From the NCBI GenBank assembly GCA_036338025.1, contig JAYZDB010000115.1:1-43362 (forward strand): a DNA stretch of 43,362 nt, in the 5' to 3' direction. Positions 8,851 through 17,046 of this stretch are shown here, one piece after another. A program made the position numbers and the translations under genes. Numbering within the stretch: the stretch's first letter is position 1; each line of letters opens with the position of its first letter. A model generated the notes under the pieces. The model was not told where the DNA came from. It saw only the letters and a program-made list of their open reading frames with translations, and ran no database searches. The stretch comes from Planctomycetota bacterium (GTDB taxonomy: Bacteria; Planctomycetota; UBA1135; UBA2386).

Positions 8851-9891
8851 CTAATCCGACCGAATCCATGATGCGCGGGGTCTCGGGTCCGGCAGCCGGG
8901 GTTCGACCCCTAGCAACTCCAGACCGGGAGCGGCCCCTAAAAACTCCAGGTCGACCTCGAGGACCCATCGACGAGTTGGCATCTCCTCAAGCTTGGCGTC
9001 GTCCTTTTCGGTGGTGACCAGCATGGCACCATCAGCCTCGGCGGCCGTAGCGGCGGCCTCCAACTCCTCCTGGGTGTGGTGGTAGTGGTCCTGGCGCATC
9101 GTGTGGGCAACAACCTCGGCTCCCAGGTCACGAATCGTCGCCTCGAACACCGCCGGTCTGGCAATCGATGACAGGAGATGGACCCGCGCATTCTCCAGGT
9201 CCGACAAGCTCAGTTCGGTCCCGACCGGCATCTCGACCAATCGGGCCGGGACGTGGTCAGAAACAAACACCCGCAGGCCGTCGGCCCCACACGCTGCAAG
9301 GCTGGCCATGCGTTCTTGCACCGCCTGGTCGGAAAAACCCCCCGCACGGGTCAGGACAATCGCATGGGCACGCCGGAGACCGCGGGGAAATTCCCGCAGC
9401 AGGCCGGATGGGAGCATTCCACCGGCAAACGGTTTTGCCATGTCCAGGCAGACGATGTCGCAATCACGGCGCAACCGACGATGCTGGAAGCCGTCATCGA
9501 TGACAATCAAGTCGACTCCAAGGGCGGCCAGGCGACGCGCACCGGCTACCCGATCCTCGTCCTGGACCTGGCACAGGTCTGGGAACCGTCGAGCCAACAG
9601 GCAACCCTCGTCATTCCACTCGTCGCCCGGGCGGCGACCGTAGCCGCGTGCCAGGACACCCGGCCGCAAGCCGTGCGAGCGCAGAAGATCCACCAACCAA
9701 ACCACCAGCGGGGTCTTGCCGGTACCACCAGCCGCCAGATTGCCGACCGACACGACCGGCAACTCGACGCCCTGAACCTTGCGGAGTCCCAGATCGAACA
9801 GCCAGTTCCGTCCCGCCATCGCCGTGCCGTAGAGCAACGACAGCGGCCACAGCCCCTTCCGGACAAGTGCGAGATCCTCCTTCACTCGCAC
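8851..9891 (-). CDS. lpxK: Tetraacyldisaccharide 4'-kinase
   Basis: PVVSVGNL.AGGTGKTP, LARGYG, DE, DR, DDGFQH.RL.RD, LP.G.LRE, DH and TTEKD motifs. Confidence 0.95.
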   Translation of the reverse strand: MRVKEDLALVRKGLWPLSLLYGTAMAGRNWLFDLGLRKVQGVELPVVSVGNLAAGGTGKTPLVVWLVDLLRSHGLRPGVLARGYGRRPGDEWNDEGCLLARRFPDLCQVQDEDRVAGARRLAALGVDLIVIDDGFQHRRLRRDCDIVCLDMAKPFAGGMLPSGLLREFPRGLRRAHAIVLTRAGGFSDQAVQERMASLAACGADGLRVFVSDHVPARLVEMPVGTELSLSDLENARVHLLSSIARPAVFEATIRDLGAEVVAHTMRQDHYHHTQEELEAAATAAEADGAMLVTTEKDDAKLEEMPTRRWVLEVDLEFLGAAPGLELLGVEPRLPDPRPRASWIRSD

Positions 9892-10796
9892 ACGGCTTCC
9901 AGTTCGTCGGGGGTGCTCACAGCCACCGACTCAAGGCCATCGACTTCGATGCCCCGAGCGATGTTGGGAACCATCCGACTGAGGGTTGGCTTCGGACCGA
10001 GTTCGACGAACCGGCCGACCTCAGCGTCCTGGATCATCCGTTCGATGCTGGTCTGCCACAGCACCGAGCTGGCGAACTGCCGTTCGAGCGCATCGCGGGC
10101 CGCCGAAGCGTCCGTCACCGGCGCGGCATCGACGTTGCAGTAGATCGGGAACGCCGGATCACGCATCTCTACGCCGCCCAGGACCTCCGCAAATCGTCCG
10201 GCAGCCGGCTTCAGCATCGACGAGTGGAACGGCACTGATACCGGCAAACGAAGGGCCTGGCGACCCAGCTTTTCTACGACCTGATCCATCGCCGCCGTCT
10301 CTCCCGACAAGACGATCTGTCCGGGTGCGTTCAAGTTGGCAATCTCGCAGATCCCGGCATCGATCTCGTCGCACAGGCCCCTTGCCTCGTCCAGGCTGAG
10401 CTTGCGAAGCACCACCATGCCGCCGTCCCCCACCGGCACTGCATCCTGCATGAACTCGGCTCGTTGTCGCACCAGATTGAGTGCATCGGCAAACCCGAAA
10501 CTCCCGGCGGCTGTCAAGGCGGTGTATTCGCCGAGCGAGTGGCCCGCGGCCAGGTCCGGAGTGGCGCCAAGCGCCCGATAGGCCGCGATCGATACTGCCA
10601 GGGTAGCGGGTTGGGTATTGGTGGTGAGACCGAGTTGTTCCTCGGGCCCCTCGAAACACAGGCTCGATATCGACTCACCGAGCGCTTCATCGGCCTCGGC
10701 AAAGGTGTCCCTGGCAACCGAATAACGGGCCGCCAGCGCACTTCCCATGCCCACAAATTGCGATCCCTGACCCGTGAAGAGAAAGGCCGTCTTCAT
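9882..10796 (-). CDS. fabD: Malonyl-CoA:ACP transacylase
   Basis: AFLF.GQGSQ..GMG, TQPA, AGHSLGEY, AN.N.PGQ.V.SG, LPVS.PFHS and FVELGP motifs; ATG start at 10796. Confidence 0.95.
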   Translation of the reverse strand: MKTAFLFTGQGSQFVGMGSALAARYSVARDTFAEADEALGESISSLCFEGPEEQLGLTTNTQPATLAVSIAAYRALGATPDLAAGHSLGEYTALTAAGSFGFADALNLVRQRAEFMQDAVPVGDGGMVVLRKLSLDEARGLCDEIDAGICEIANLNAPGQIVLSGETAAMDQVVEKLGRQALRLPVSVPFHSSMLKPAAGRFAEVLGGVEMRDPAFPIYCNVDAAPVTDASAARDALERQFASSVLWQTSIERMIQDAEVGRFVELGPKPTLSRMVPNIARGIEVDGLESVAVSTPDELEAVCE

Positions 10797-10803
10797 GGGG
10801 CGG

Positions 10804-10832
10804 AGTCTCGGCCGCGGGTTCTGCGGACGCAA
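10804..10832 (-). promoter_or_regulatory. Sigma70-type promoter of fabD (probably leaderless transcript)
   Basis: On the minus strand: TTGCGT-N17-GAGACT-N7-ATG, with no Shine-Dalgarno. Confidence 0.45.
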
Positions 10833-10862
10833 GAACCGAAGCGGATTCCATCCCCGGTTGCC

Positions 10863-11783
10863 CTACTGCGGCGACTTACGCGTGCCCGGCATGGGCGGTG
10901 GGCTGGTAACAGGCGGCTTGGGCAACAAACCCGTCCCCGGTGGCTGGGTCGGGGTCGAGCTGCCGCCAGGTCTGCGGGGGGTGCCGGTGTTGCCGGTCGG
11001 CTGTAGCTCTGAGCGAGCAGCATCCAACTTCAGCTGCGCCGTCAATGCCTCCTCCCACTCCGCGTAGATGTCCTCAAACTTCTTCTCTTTCTCCGTCGGG
11101 AAGACCCCTAGCGTCACCCTCCGCAACTTGAGCGACGCGATCTTCGCTTCTCCCCAACCCTCAGCGACCGGAAACTCCTTCAGCATGGCCGCCTGCTCGT
11201 CCGTCACAACCGGCAGGTCGGTGGGGCTGACTACCGCCCCCCCCGGTGCCGACTGGCTCGGCTTGACGATCTTCTTGGCAGCGACGATCTGCCGGTATTT
11301 GTCCTCGACTGCCTCGCGTTTGGCAGCGAGTTCCTGCTCAAGCGTCCTCACCTGCGCCTCGCTGAGGGTTCGACCGATCTTGTAGGACGCAATGTCCGTG
11401 TACGGCACAAAGATGAAGCCCTTGGCCCCTGCTGTATACCACACCCGCAGGCCAGCTGAGCGATCACTGCGATCCGCTGCTACGAAGTCAAGGCCGTTGT
11501 GAACCTCGACAAAGCGCCCGTCCTTCACAACACCCTGCAACTTGTTGCTGTTCTTGAGGTGAACCTGCACGTGAACGTTGTAGTGGCGAACCTGACCCTT
11601 CCGCATCGCATTCCGCATCTTGAGAGTCCGCTTCTCTATCTCGTGGCGATGCGCTGGCGTGCCGTCCTTCGGCTTAGCGCTTGTCTTCTCAGCCGAGGGT
11701 TTCGTGGTGCCGGCCTTGCCGGTTTGGGATGGCAGGCTCGCGGCGAGGAAGATCATCAATGGCAACACACTCTGCAGTCTCAT
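10863..11783 (-). CDS. Hypothetical secreted protein with Pro-rich C-terminus
   Basis: Signal-peptide-like N-terminus, a VHLKNSNKLQGVV small beta domain, a coiled-coil stretch and a Pro/Gly/Thr tail. Fills the gap between neighbours. Confidence 0.7.
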   Translation of the reverse strand: MRLQSVLPLMIFLAASLPSQTGKAGTTKPSAEKTSAKPKDGTPAHRHEIEKRTLKMRNAMRKGQVRHYNVHVQVHLKNSNKLQGVVKDGRFVEVHNGLDFVAADRSDRSAGLRVWYTAGAKGFIFVPYTDIASYKIGRTLSEAQVRTLEQELAAKREAVEDKYRQIVAAKKIVKPSQSAPGGAVVSPTDLPVVTDEQAAMLKEFPVAEGWGEAKIASLKLRRVTLGVFPTEKEKKFEDIYAEWEEALTAQLKLDAARSELQPTGNTGTPRRPGGSSTPTQPPGTGLLPKPPVTSPPPMPGTRKSPQ

Positions 11784-11907
11784 GGTCTTGATTCCCTAAG
11801 AACAGGTATCCGGCTCTTGTATCGGCTTCTGACAGAGGCCTCCCGCTGACATTTCCCGCACAAGTCCGAAGATGGTCCTGACTCGAAACTCGAATTCACG
11901 GTGGACC

Positions 11908-14900
11908 TCACTTGATACACAAGGACAGGGTGACAGTCTGGAACCAGTCCTGAGCGAGATCGAACGCCTTTCGCGCAAGGTCGCGCGTGCCGCCACGTGC
12001 CACCGACCGGACCAGGAATTGCCGACGTCCTTGCGACAGAAACGTCCACCGCTCATACCGCCAGCCATCCGCCTCCTCGAACATCCAACGCTCACTGGTT
12101 CCGGGGAGTCGGGCCATCCCGACTACTCCGGGCCGGTCGACGTGTCGCTGTGGCAGCCGCTCGCCACGTTCACCGGCCGGACTGCTGGTCGCCAGGCGCA
12201 TGCGCAAACTGGCGGCCGGTTCCGTGCCTTCACTCATGCCTCCGAACATGGTCACCGAGCAATTCGAGGCCCCGGACGCCGGCCGGAGTTCGAGTTGCAT
12301 CTCGACCATTGCCTGGCCGACACGACGCATCAGCACCCCGGCGGGCGGCTCAACGGTGACCGCCAATCCTGGGTGGTGGTAGGTTCCACCCTGCAGGTGC
12401 CCCAGATCGGTCCAGGTTGCGGGCATGAGCCGGACCAGTTCGAAGCCACTCGCAGTCCGCCTGAGCATCGCCCGGAGCGGCCATCGCTCCACCAGGGGCT
12501 GGGAGCGCGGCGTACCAGCCGGGCGCCAGGACACCTGCAACTCAACGGTCAGGATCTGACCGACGCTGGTCACGTCCAAGACCCGCGCTCCGGTATAGGT
12601 GTCCCAGGACTGCGGACTCTCCAGCAGTCTTGAACGTCCCAATGCACCCGGCAGGAAACGACAGTCGTCAGCCAGCATGGGCGCGAGACGCGCTGCATCG
12701 CGATCACCGAGAGCAGCGAACAACGCACCGACAAACTCGGCGACGGGCTTGAAGGCCGGCAAGCGCTCGCTCAGGCCGCCATCGCGGCGGAACAGAACAA
12801 GCGCAGTCGCAGCATGGCGAGACCGACAGCCGACCACGCCACGGTACCAGACCATCACTGGGACACCGCCCCGCGAGTATGCAGCGTCCGGAGTCGGCCA
12901 TACCGCCTGCACCCGACTGCCCAGGGGCAACTCGATGCTGTCAACGGCCTGCTCGGCACGGTTCGACAAGGGCAGCCGCAAGCAGTAGGCATCGCCTTGG
13001 CCGTGCAGGCCCGACAGTGGCTCGAAGGAGCGCACGGCGGTCAGGCTGGTCAGTCCCTCGCCCGTCGCCGCAAAGTCGACTCGATAGCCGCGCAGCTCGC
13101 CATCCTCATGGATGGACCGCCACGGCAAGGGATTTCCTGAGCGGTCCGACACCTGCGGGGGTTTCCACGGCACGAGTCCAGGCAGCGCTGGCAAGTCCAT
13201 GGATCGAACCTCGGCTGCGACAGCCATGCCCTGGTGTAGCTCGACATGACCCCCGGCCTGCACTCGCCAGCGATTGACGATGTATGGTCGCGGACCGGTC
13301 GAAAAATCGAGGAGGCAGCGTCGAAAATCCTGCTCGGCCACCGGATCGTCTGATCCGGGCAGGAACCGCGCCAGGCGCAATCCCGCACCAGGACTCTGGT
13401 CATGGACGCTCGCGCGCACCACGAAACTCCGCACCGTGAGATCGCGAGGTTCCGACAAGTAGCTGCCCCCGGCTGCCAGGATTGTGCGGCCGCCCGCGGA
13501 AGACAGCGGTTCCGCGACGTTGCCTACGAGATGCAGGATTCCGCCCGGAGAAGCCCCCATCGGACGGCTGGGGCCTGCCAGCGGCTGCGACGAGTAGCGC
13601 GGGTCGCCAACCACCCGTCGATTATCGAACTGGTGCCCCCAGGGGTATTTGAGCTCCGGCAGCCCGGCTGTCGCCGCCTGCAAATACTCCGCGCGCGACA
13701 AGAGGTGGCACCCCAGCAGCCGAGACGCAATACGGGCCTGCCGGTGGGAAAGTCCGGTCACCGGCACATTGGTCCGGACCTGCTCCGACCAACCCAAGGG
13801 CACCATCTCGCTGGCCAGATCTGGATCTTCGATAGATGCCAGGAGTTCCGAATACCGACTGACGGTGAACTCCTCGCGATCAACGGCAAATGCCAGAGAC
13901 TCTCCCGGGTCTACCAGAGACATCCCGCTCGGCACGCTATCGATCGGCTGGAGTGCCGTACGCAACCACGCCGTCTGATCCCGGTCAACCCGGGTGGCCC
14001 GGATGACGTTCTCCATTCCAGGCGCCTGGATGCGCACCAGATAGGGACCAGTAGACAACGCGCCGTCCACCGACAAGCGTCGCCAGCCCGACTCGAAATT
14101 ACCACTCCGAGCACCCCGCACGTAGACCCTCGGTTGGTCCTTGTCTGTGGTCGCAATCGACAGATTGCCCATTCCACGAATTCGACGTCGGAACTGGTGG
14201 TAGTCCGGGATGTCGAGTTCTGCGGGTGCGAGGGTCTCCAGGAAACCACGCAGCACATCGAACCGGCCGCCGGCATACATCGAGGGGAACACCCCACGGT
14301 AAGCCTGCAAGCGCTCACGAGTGACCCAATCCCTATCGCCTAGCAGGGCGAGAGCTCGCATGTAGGCGGCGTGTGATTCGAGCGCTTGCCCCCCAGCCAG
14401 CAAGGTCCTCGCCTCGATCAACTCACCCCGACCCTCCTGCCGCGATGCGTCGAGGATCACCAGTCCGACCAGGAGTCCAACCAGCAGCGCTGACATCACT
14501 GCCACCAAAGTCACGTAAACGGATCGCTTGTAACGCTCCATGCGACGTCCAATCGCCCCGAGCATCCCTCGAGACCGGACCTGGATCGCACTGCCGGCCA
14601 GGAACGAACGCAGGTCCGATGACAAGTCCGCAGTCGACGCGTAGCGCTGGTCCGGGTCCTTCGCAAGGCAGGTCAGCACGATCGCCTCGAGCGCCTTCGG
14701 CACCCGGGAGTTGAGCCGGCGGGGTGGGACAGGGTCGTCGTCCTGGATCGCCCGCATCAATTCCGCGCTGTGCTTGCCCTCGAACGGCGGCCGCAAGGTC
14801 AGCATCTCGTAGAGCGTGGCACCCAGACCGTAGACATCGACACGGGCGTCGGCATCCGGGGTCCCGGCGGCCTGCTCCGGAGCCATGTAGGCAAGAGTCC

Positions 14901-15546
14901 CTGCTGCATCACCGGTCTGCGTCATGCCCAAAGCCACCTCGCCCGGCGCCAGCCCGAAGTCCACCAGCACGGGTCGACCGGCCGGATGCACCAGGATGCT
15001 ACTCGGCTTCAAATCGGAATGGATGACCTCGGCCTGGTGCGCTGCTGTCAGAGCTCCCGCCACTTCCATGATCAACGCAGCGCAGGATGCCGGATAGGCT
15101 GACCCAGCCAGGAAGGCTGGAACCTGGCTCTCCTGCAGGCTGGGGTAGATCGCAGTCACCGCAATCTCCTCTGCCAGGGTGTTTTGAAGATCCTGGGGAT
15201 CGGCACCACGCAGGCCATCGAGGACTTGGTACAGGGAGGGTCCCTCGACCAGGTCCGTCGCGTAGAAGCAGGTGCCGTCGACGCAACCGACCCCGAAGAT
15301 CGGGACAATTCCGGGGTGGGAAAGGCCGCCAACGGCCTCGGCCTCGCGCTGGAAGCGCGCCTCCGACTCCGGGTCGAGTGCAGCAGACGGCAGGACCCTC
15401 AGGGCCACTTGCCGCTCCAAGGAGATCTGACGGGCTCGGTAGACCATCCCCACCCCGCCTCGACCAATCTCGTCGAGAAGGATGAAATCCCCTAGCTGCC
15501 GCCGCGATGGAGCTTGTGCGTCGGTTGGCTCAAAATCGATGGACAC
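11908..15546 (-). CDS. Membrane-anchored Ser/Thr kinase-like protein fused to PEGA-like, FGE/SUMF1-like and further C-terminal domains (probable pseudokinase)
   Basis: IGRGG.G.VY, VALR, HSDLKPSS, DFGLA, GT..YMAPEQ and DVYGLG motifs. A TM segment near aa 340-365, then FGE-like YPWG…GNVAE…GGSY…GLRLAR. Confidence 0.85.
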   Translation of the reverse strand: MSIDFEPTDAQAPSRRQLGDFILLDEIGRGGVGMVYRARQISLERQVALRVLPSAALDPESEARFQREAEAVGGLSHPGIVPIFGVGCVDGTCFYATDLVEGPSLYQVLDGLRGADPQDLQNTLAEEIAVTAIYPSLQESQVPAFLAGSAYPASCAALIMEVAGALTAAHQAEVIHSDLKPSSILVHPAGRPVLVDFGLAPGEVALGMTQTGDAAGTLAYMAPEQAAGTPDADARVDVYGLGATLYEMLTLRPPFEGKHSAELMRAIQDDDPVPPRRLNSRVPKALEAIVLTCLAKDPDQRYASTADLSSDLRSFLAGSAIQVRSRGMLGAIGRRMERYKRSVYVTLVAVMSALLVGLLVGLVILDASRQEGRGELIEARTLLAGGQALESHAAYMRALALLGDRDWVTRERLQAYRGVFPSMYAGGRFDVLRGFLETLAPAELDIPDYHQFRRRIRGMGNLSIATTDKDQPRVYVRGARSGNFESGWRRLSVDGALSTGPYLVRIQAPGMENVIRATRVDRDQTAWLRTALQPIDSVPSGMSLVDPGESLAFAVDREEFTVSRYSELLASIEDPDLASEMVPLGWSEQVRTNVPVTGLSHRQARIASRLLGCHLLSRAEYLQAATAGLPELKYPWGHQFDNRRVVGDPRYSSQPLAGPSRPMGASPGGILHLVGNVAEPLSSAGGRTILAAGGSYLSEPRDLTVRSFVVRASVHDQSPGAGLRLARFLPGSDDPVAEQDFRRCLLDFSTGPRPYIVNRWRVQAGGHVELHQGMAVAAEVRSMDLPALPGLVPWKPPQVSDRSGNPLPWRSIHEDGELRGYRVDFAATGEGLTSLTAVRSFEPLSGLHGQGDAYCLRLPLSNRAEQAVDSIELPLGSRVQAVWPTPDAAYSRGGVPVMVWYRGVVGCRSRHAATALVLFRRDGGLSERLPAFKPVAEFVGALFAALGDRDAARLAPMLADDCRFLPGALGRSRLLESPQSWDTYTGARVLDVTSVGQILTVELQVSWRPAGTPRSQPLVERWPLRAMLRRTASGFELVRLMPATWTDLGHLQGGTYHHPGLAVTVEPPAGVLMRRVGQAMVEMQLELRPASGASNCSVTMFGGMSEGTEPAASLRMRLATSSPAGERGERLPQRHVDRPGVVGMARLPGTSERWMFEEADGWRYERWTFLSQGRRQFLVRSVARGGTRDLARKAFDLAQDWFQTVTLSLCIK

Positions 15547-15676
15547 ACCCTCATATCGAGCTTCCCAGCAGCTAGTTTGAGACTATCTCACTGCCGGCAG
15601 ACGGCGGGTCCCTGCGGCCGTTGGCATGGGGCTGGGCCAGCCAAACCCGGATACGAACTCAGGCCCGGATCCGAAC

Positions 15677-15898
15677 CTAGAAGACCGCTTCGGGATCCTG
15701 CTGCTCTTCGTCCTCGACCAACTGGATCAGGCCGCGGCGAATCTCCTCGGCAGCCACCTTGATGTAGTTGCGCTCACGGGTCTCATACAGCGGCTTTTGG
15801 CCGCGTACGAGCTCGCGCACCCGCTTTTGCAGCAGGGCCGTCATGTGGAAGGACCCGGCAACCTGCCGGACCAATTGCTTCGGAAGGGATTCTTCCAT
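15677..15898 (-). CDS. rpoZ: RNA polymerase omega subunit
   Basis: 73 aa; V.GSF..TALLQKRVREL.RG.KPL…IKVAAEEIRRG.I matches the omega pattern of planctomycetes. Confidence 0.8.
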   Translation of the reverse strand: MEESLPKQLVRQVAGSFHMTALLQKRVRELVRGQKPLYETRERNYIKVAAEEIRRGLIQLVEDEEQQDPEAVF

Positions 15899-15924
15899 GG
15901 GAAATCTCAGCGAAGGGCGTCGGG

Positions 15925-15953
15925 AGGTTAGCCAGCACCAGGGGGGTCGGCAA
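15925..15953 (-). promoter_or_regulatory. Sigma70-type promoter of rpoZ
   Basis: On the minus strand: TTGCCG-N17-TAACCT, ending 26 nt upstream of the ATG. Confidence 0.55.
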
Positions 15954-15997
15954 GGGGAAACCCCCTGCACAGCAGACAATTCCCCGACCGCCGGAGT

Positions 15998-17041
15998 CTA
16001 GCCCTCCCGGACCACCACGATGGTCTGGCCATCGTAAAAGGCCCGCATCCCCTTCACATTGGTGCTCACGGTTGTCATATGCAGCAACACCTTGCGGGCC
16101 GCAGCAGAACCCACGACCTGGAACTCGAGTCCATGGGGAAACCCGATCCCGTTGAACAGGTCATTACGGATCCCAAAGCGCGCAACACCCTTGTTGGCCT
16201 GGGAATAGTTCGTGGCTATCGAGTGGTGCCGATAGAACAGCAGGCCAGGACTGGACAAGCGGTCATCCCGCTCAAACTCCCACACCGTGGTGCGCGGTGG
16301 CGCCGGTGCAAGCGCCAGGGTCCCACCAGGGAGGATCTGCCGAAAAGTACCCGCGGTCGTGGGGTCCTGACCAAGCATCCACACCAGGTTGAGCGGCGTA
16401 TGCGAGACTCCCTCGGCATCTAGCGAGCCGTCGTGAAGGTGCTTGAGCACTTCCGCCTGATCCACCGGATCCGTGACCTTGTCGACCTGCGCACCACTGA
16501 CGGCGGGTTCACTCGTCCACTTCACGAGGTTCAAACCGAAAGGGTACGCGGAGGTCGGTCCGGCGCCTTCGGTCTTCATGTAGTACCGCACCAGCCGATA
16601 GACATCCAAACTGTAGGCGTTCCCACTCGTGCAGACGAACGTATCGACCCACGCGTGACGTACGAAAAGGAAGTCGTTACCAGTCGCCTCGGTGCCAGCC
16701 AGGTCCTTGTCCAGAATACCGGAGACCTTGAAACGCGGCATCCGGGAAGACGCGATTGGCGGCGCCTCCGGCCAGGGCTGAAGCCGCGCAAGATATGCAT
16801 TGCCCTGCATCGTGTCTTCGAACAAGCGAACTGCTTCTTGAAGCTCGTACGACATGTCATCCAAGATCTCCTGCGTGATCTCGGTCACACGCCCCAGGCG
16901 GTCGGCGTACTTTTGCGCGGCATTGCCAGACATGATCATGCTGGTTACCAGGAAACTAAGCACCAGCAGCATCATGGTGGCGATCACCATCTCAATCATG
17001 GTGAAGCCATCCTCCCGCGAATTCGCCGTCTCGATCCTCAT
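15998..17041 (-). CDS. Prepilin-type N-terminal cleavage/methylation protein (PilW/GspJ-like, large)
   Basis: MRIETANSREDG|FTMIEMVIATMMLLVL class III signal (G|F, E5, hydrophobic helix). About 335 aa mature. Confidence 0.85.
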   Translation of the reverse strand: MRIETANSREDGFTMIEMVIATMMLLVLSFLVTSMIMSGNAAQKYADRLGRVTEITQEILDDMSYELQEAVRLFEDTMQGNAYLARLQPWPEAPPIASSRMPRFKVSGILDKDLAGTEATGNDFLFVRHAWVDTFVCTSGNAYSLDVYRLVRYYMKTEGAGPTSAYPFGLNLVKWTSEPAVSGAQVDKVTDPVDQAEVLKHLHDGSLDAEGVSHTPLNLVWMLGQDPTTAGTFRQILPGGTLALAPAPPRTTVWEFERDDRLSSPGLLFYRHHSIATNYSQANKGVARFGIRNDLFNGIGFPHGLEFQVVGSAAARKVLLHMTTVSTNVKGMRAFYDGQTIVVVREG

Positions 17042-17046
17042 GGGCA

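Noticed and set aside
8813-8968. Long apparent gene overlaps (lpxK with the DHS-like gene; also 17042-17167, 27600-27737 and 40236-40400)
   Set aside because: They come from longest-ORF start calling; downstream starts remove or shrink the overlaps.
15646-15676. Imperfect 13-nt direct repeat CCCGGAT(A/C)CGAAC with an 18-nt period downstream of rpoZ
   Set aside because: Only two copies, not CRISPR-like, and compatible with chance in GC-rich DNA.
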